The position numbers and the translations under genes were made by a program. The notes below the pieces were generated by a model. It was not told where the DNA came from. It worked only from the letters and a program-made list of their open reading frames with translations, and made no database searches. This document shows, one piece after another, positions 60,950 to 64,000 of a stretch of DNA of 64,000 bases (position 1 is its first letter; the number at the start of each line of letters is the position of its first letter). The stretch is from Psammoneis japonica (Eukaryota): contig QPGO01000108.1 of the NCBI GenBank assembly GCA_008632985.1, positions 52,476 to 116,475 of the forward strand, written 5' to 3'.

Positions 60950-63900
60950 ATGCTGCACACTCCCCCATGACCCAGGATGCCAAGTGTCAGAATGTGCTGC
61001 TGGCAAGGGCACAATTGCTGCAGATCACACTTGTCTTTCAGCACTCTGTGCTGGATGTGCAAGGTGCCTTTGTCACATGTGTGGACAACTCTGGCTGGGC
61101 CTGTGCAACTGTTGGCACCACACTTTGTCTTCTGTTCTTGTTTGACAAGCACCAATTGTCCAACAGCACATGTCAGCCCTCCTTTTGTTTTGTGTGCTCT
61201 TGGACTGTGCTTGTCATTTGAGAGGACAAGCTTCTGCTTTCTGGTTTCCATGCACCTCCACTCAGTGCAATGGACAGCAGACAAAATTGCATCACATTCA
61301 AAGACCAACTGCACAGGACTGGCACATGTGGTCACATGTGCCACAGGGCACACAGCAAAAGCTGCATCAGACAGAGTGCCACTCCACATGTCATCCTTGT
61401 CTAGCTCCACATGTCTTGTGTTGAAAATGAGTGCACCATGTTGCCAAGCATCTGGTGTTCAGATTCCACTGTGCACTTGTCTGTGGATTTCTCTTGCTTG
61501 CGGGCTTCTTCTGAATGCCGTGATGATTGTTCTGTGTCATCTGGCTGAACTCAGCCACAAATTCTGTCCCATGGTCACAAAGGGCCTGGGCTGGCCATGG
61601 GTTTCTGCATGGCTTGTCTTGTTCTGTGATGTTTGCTGCTGTGTCACATGTTTTTGCAGACACTTCCTTGACCTCAATTCACCCAGTTGCTGGGTCAATC
61701 ATTGTGGCTGCCCATGGCTGCACGTTGTCTTTGAAATCTTTGAATTTTTGCAAGGCCCTGTCATGTCTGTGCATGGAGTCTCCCAAGGAATTTTCTCTGC
61801 TGCCTTTTCTGGCAACTTCCCACAATGCCAAATTCTGCATTTTGCACTCCACATTTTGTCTTCTGGCATTGATCACACTTGACACATTGAACATGTGGAA
61901 TGCACCACAGACCTCCACCAGGCCAGTGGAAGTGATGGGTGACACATGTTTCTCCACACATGTTCAACCAGGATGACACAGCTGCTCAGCATGGTGCCAT
62001 TCAGTTGGAGGAACCTGCAATGATTGTGTGGCACAACAATTTTGTCCTTGTGACATGTTGACTGTGGCATGACCCTCCCAATGGAGCACATGGATGGAGC
62101 AGTCAGACAAGTCCTCAGCTTGCAAGACCTGGTGCTTGTCCTGTTGTTGCTCTTTTTGGATGTGCCCAAAGCTGACAGACAGTGATGCCATCTGTGTCAT
62201 GCCCACATTGAAAGCTTCACGCAACAGATGACAATCTGGCATCTCAACAACTTCTGGATGACACTCAAAGGCAAGCTGGGCACCAGTCAAAGTTGGCTCA
62301 ATGCATCAGTGACTGGGTCATGTTGTCCCTTGATGTGCCACAATTCAGGACTGCATTCTTTGCACATCAACCTCCAGTGCAAGATTTTTATGATCATCAC
62401 ATGCAACCACATGTTGACCAAGGAGAATTGTGCAAAATCCTTTCAATGTCTTTACAATGGCAAGCAGTTCTTTCTCCATTGTTGCATGGGTAACCGCACA
62501 CTGTTGAGCTTTCTGCTGTGGAGAGTGGAACTGACTGGTTTGTCATTTTTGATGTGGCTGCTCCAAGTTGACATTTAGAGGCATTGGCACAAATCTCAAA
62601 AGTTTTGTTGAAGTCTGGTGGATGTGCCAATGAGACATCCTTGGACAATGCTTGTTTGGCAGTTTCAAATGCTTTGTCTTCAACAGATGTCCAACTCCAG
62701 CTCCAACTCCAGTTGACAGTCTTGCTTGCAAGTCTTGCAGTGGGCACCTAAATTTCAGAATGTCTGAGCCAAGTGTTGTGGTGGCAGTTCACCACACCTG
62801 TGAATGAGCAGAGTTCACACTTGTTTGCAGGCTTTGCAATGTGTTTGAATCCCAGTCAACCAAATGGCCCACATCTTCCAACTGGGTCTGACAGAAGTGA
62901 GACTTTGTTGTGTCAACTTTCAGCTCTGCTTTCTTGACTTGTGATGAGACTTCTTCAGTTTTGTTGGGGCATCTTCATGGGTGCCTTTGTCATCATGAGA
63001 AGGTCATCTAAGTGCACTTGCATGAATGACAGATCCTCTGATGAGGTTGACATTTTCTCCTGAAATGTGTCTGGTGAGCTGCACAGTCCCACGGCCAATG
63101 CCTGCATCTCACACTTTCCTCATGGGAAAACAAACATGCAGAGAGCTTCTCACTGTCACAAGCCAAAATGGATGTGACAACAACCCACATTTCCACATGA
63201 AGCCATCAAGCTTTGGCAGCATGTCTTGGATGTGAGGGATGGGAAAAGGCACTTGCTTTGTCCTTCTTTTGCATGAGTGTGATGGCATGGCAGATTTTCA
63301 TTCACACCTTTATCCAATGAATTGAAGCTGCAAGGCCACCCAGTGTCATGCTGGCCTTCTCCTCAGATGTCCACCATGGACTCATCTGTGGAGTCACTGA
63401 TGATGTGTGGATCATGGAAGTGATTGAGCTCCTCCTTGCACACTTCTTCTTTGCATTGGAGATGGGGGGTTTTCTGATTTTTCTTGACAATGGAGTTTGA
63501 CCTTTCCTTGTCTTGAGGTTTCCAACTGAACTTGTCAGTGCCACCACTTTTGTGTGATGTCTCAAATGTGCCTCACATGGTGCTTGAGCACTTGGCAATT
63601 TTGCACTTGGCAATTGTCAGTCATGCGGCCACAGTCAACCCCATGGAGCACACATGGCTTCTGGGCTTTCTTCTGATTCATGACCAGAATTGTCTGTTCT
63701 GCGGCCCTGCTTGTGTGGAACCTCAGCACATTGGTCTTGGATGCCTTCCACATCCTCAACCTGCATGATTTGAGTTTGGCCATGGCATGTGTCAGTGGGT
63801 CAGCAAAGTGCAGCGGCACTGCATGCTTCTGCCATGTTTGGCACATGGGCAAGTTGTGCAGCTCATCATTGGGCAATGACTCTGGCATCACGTCTCCACT

Positions 63901-64000
63901 GTCCATCACAGGCAGAAACTGAGGGATGCAGCCATCAATCTCAATTGCTCTCACAACACACTTGTGGGTCTTGACATCAGCCAACTTGCCATGAAACACT
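60950..64000 (-). mobile_element. Decayed Ty3/Gypsy retrotransposon (gag remnant, RT, RNase H, integrase)
   Basis: In order: LPNDEL (gag), PFPIPHIQDML, GLCSSPDTFQEKM..VHLDDLL (RT), WTSVEDKAFE..AHPPDFNKTFEICANASKCQLGA (RNase H), WHH...LCHPG, TMIDPATG, CDHGTEFVAEF, RNPQ and ASPVQLVFECD (integrase). Confidence 0.92.

Larger units (their letters stand above)
53730..64000. repeat. CpG- and TpA-depleted degenerate block D (nested TE and pseudogene remnants; continues past the window end)
   Basis: More than 10 kb with very few TA or CG. The dozens of overlapping ORFs contain almost no Tyr. Confidence 0.9.

Noticed and set aside
53798..63999. Dozens of overlapping Cys/His/Gln-rich ORFs (also in 2.7-5.5, 16.2-20.4 and 23.3-24.2 kb) as novel small or metal-binding proteins
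   Set aside because: Loss of TA removes TAA/TAG stops and Tyr codons, and TG/CA excess creates Cys/His/Met codons in all six frames. Real TE motifs jump between frames.

Overview
This is eukaryotic nuclear DNA, most likely from a pennate diatom. The evidence is short GT-AG introns, bipartite ASAF-type plastid presequences, a silaffin-like gene and diatom-type retroelements; the taxon is an inference. About 20 intact genes are present, including a subtilisin, NudC, FAM136A, a GT92-like protein, DNMT2, RABL6-like, PSMA5, U1A/U2B'', a silaffin-like precursor, AP-1 gamma, V-ATPase d, G-alpha, RPS29 and VPS45. They alternate with four sharply bounded blocks (about 2.7-5.5, 16.2-20.4, 23.3-24.2 and 53.7-64 kb) strongly depleted of TpA and, less completely in the 23 kb block, of CpG, with TpG/CpA in excess. 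These blocks hold decayed Copia, Gypsy and DIRS/Ngaro-like elements and a decayed lipase. Conserved Tyr codons read as His or Cys (e.g. RT YLDD reads HLDD), and duplicated segments differ mainly by TG<->CA swaps. This points to a region-targeted TpA->TpG/CpA hypermutation, opposite in direction to fungal RIP, and is the best candidate for an undescribed system. Other notable items are the silaffin-like polyprotein with RRxL sites, an RPS29 lacking three of four zinc cysteines, two TIR elements and a 1-nt frameshift in VPS45. All composition statements are by eye, not computed.
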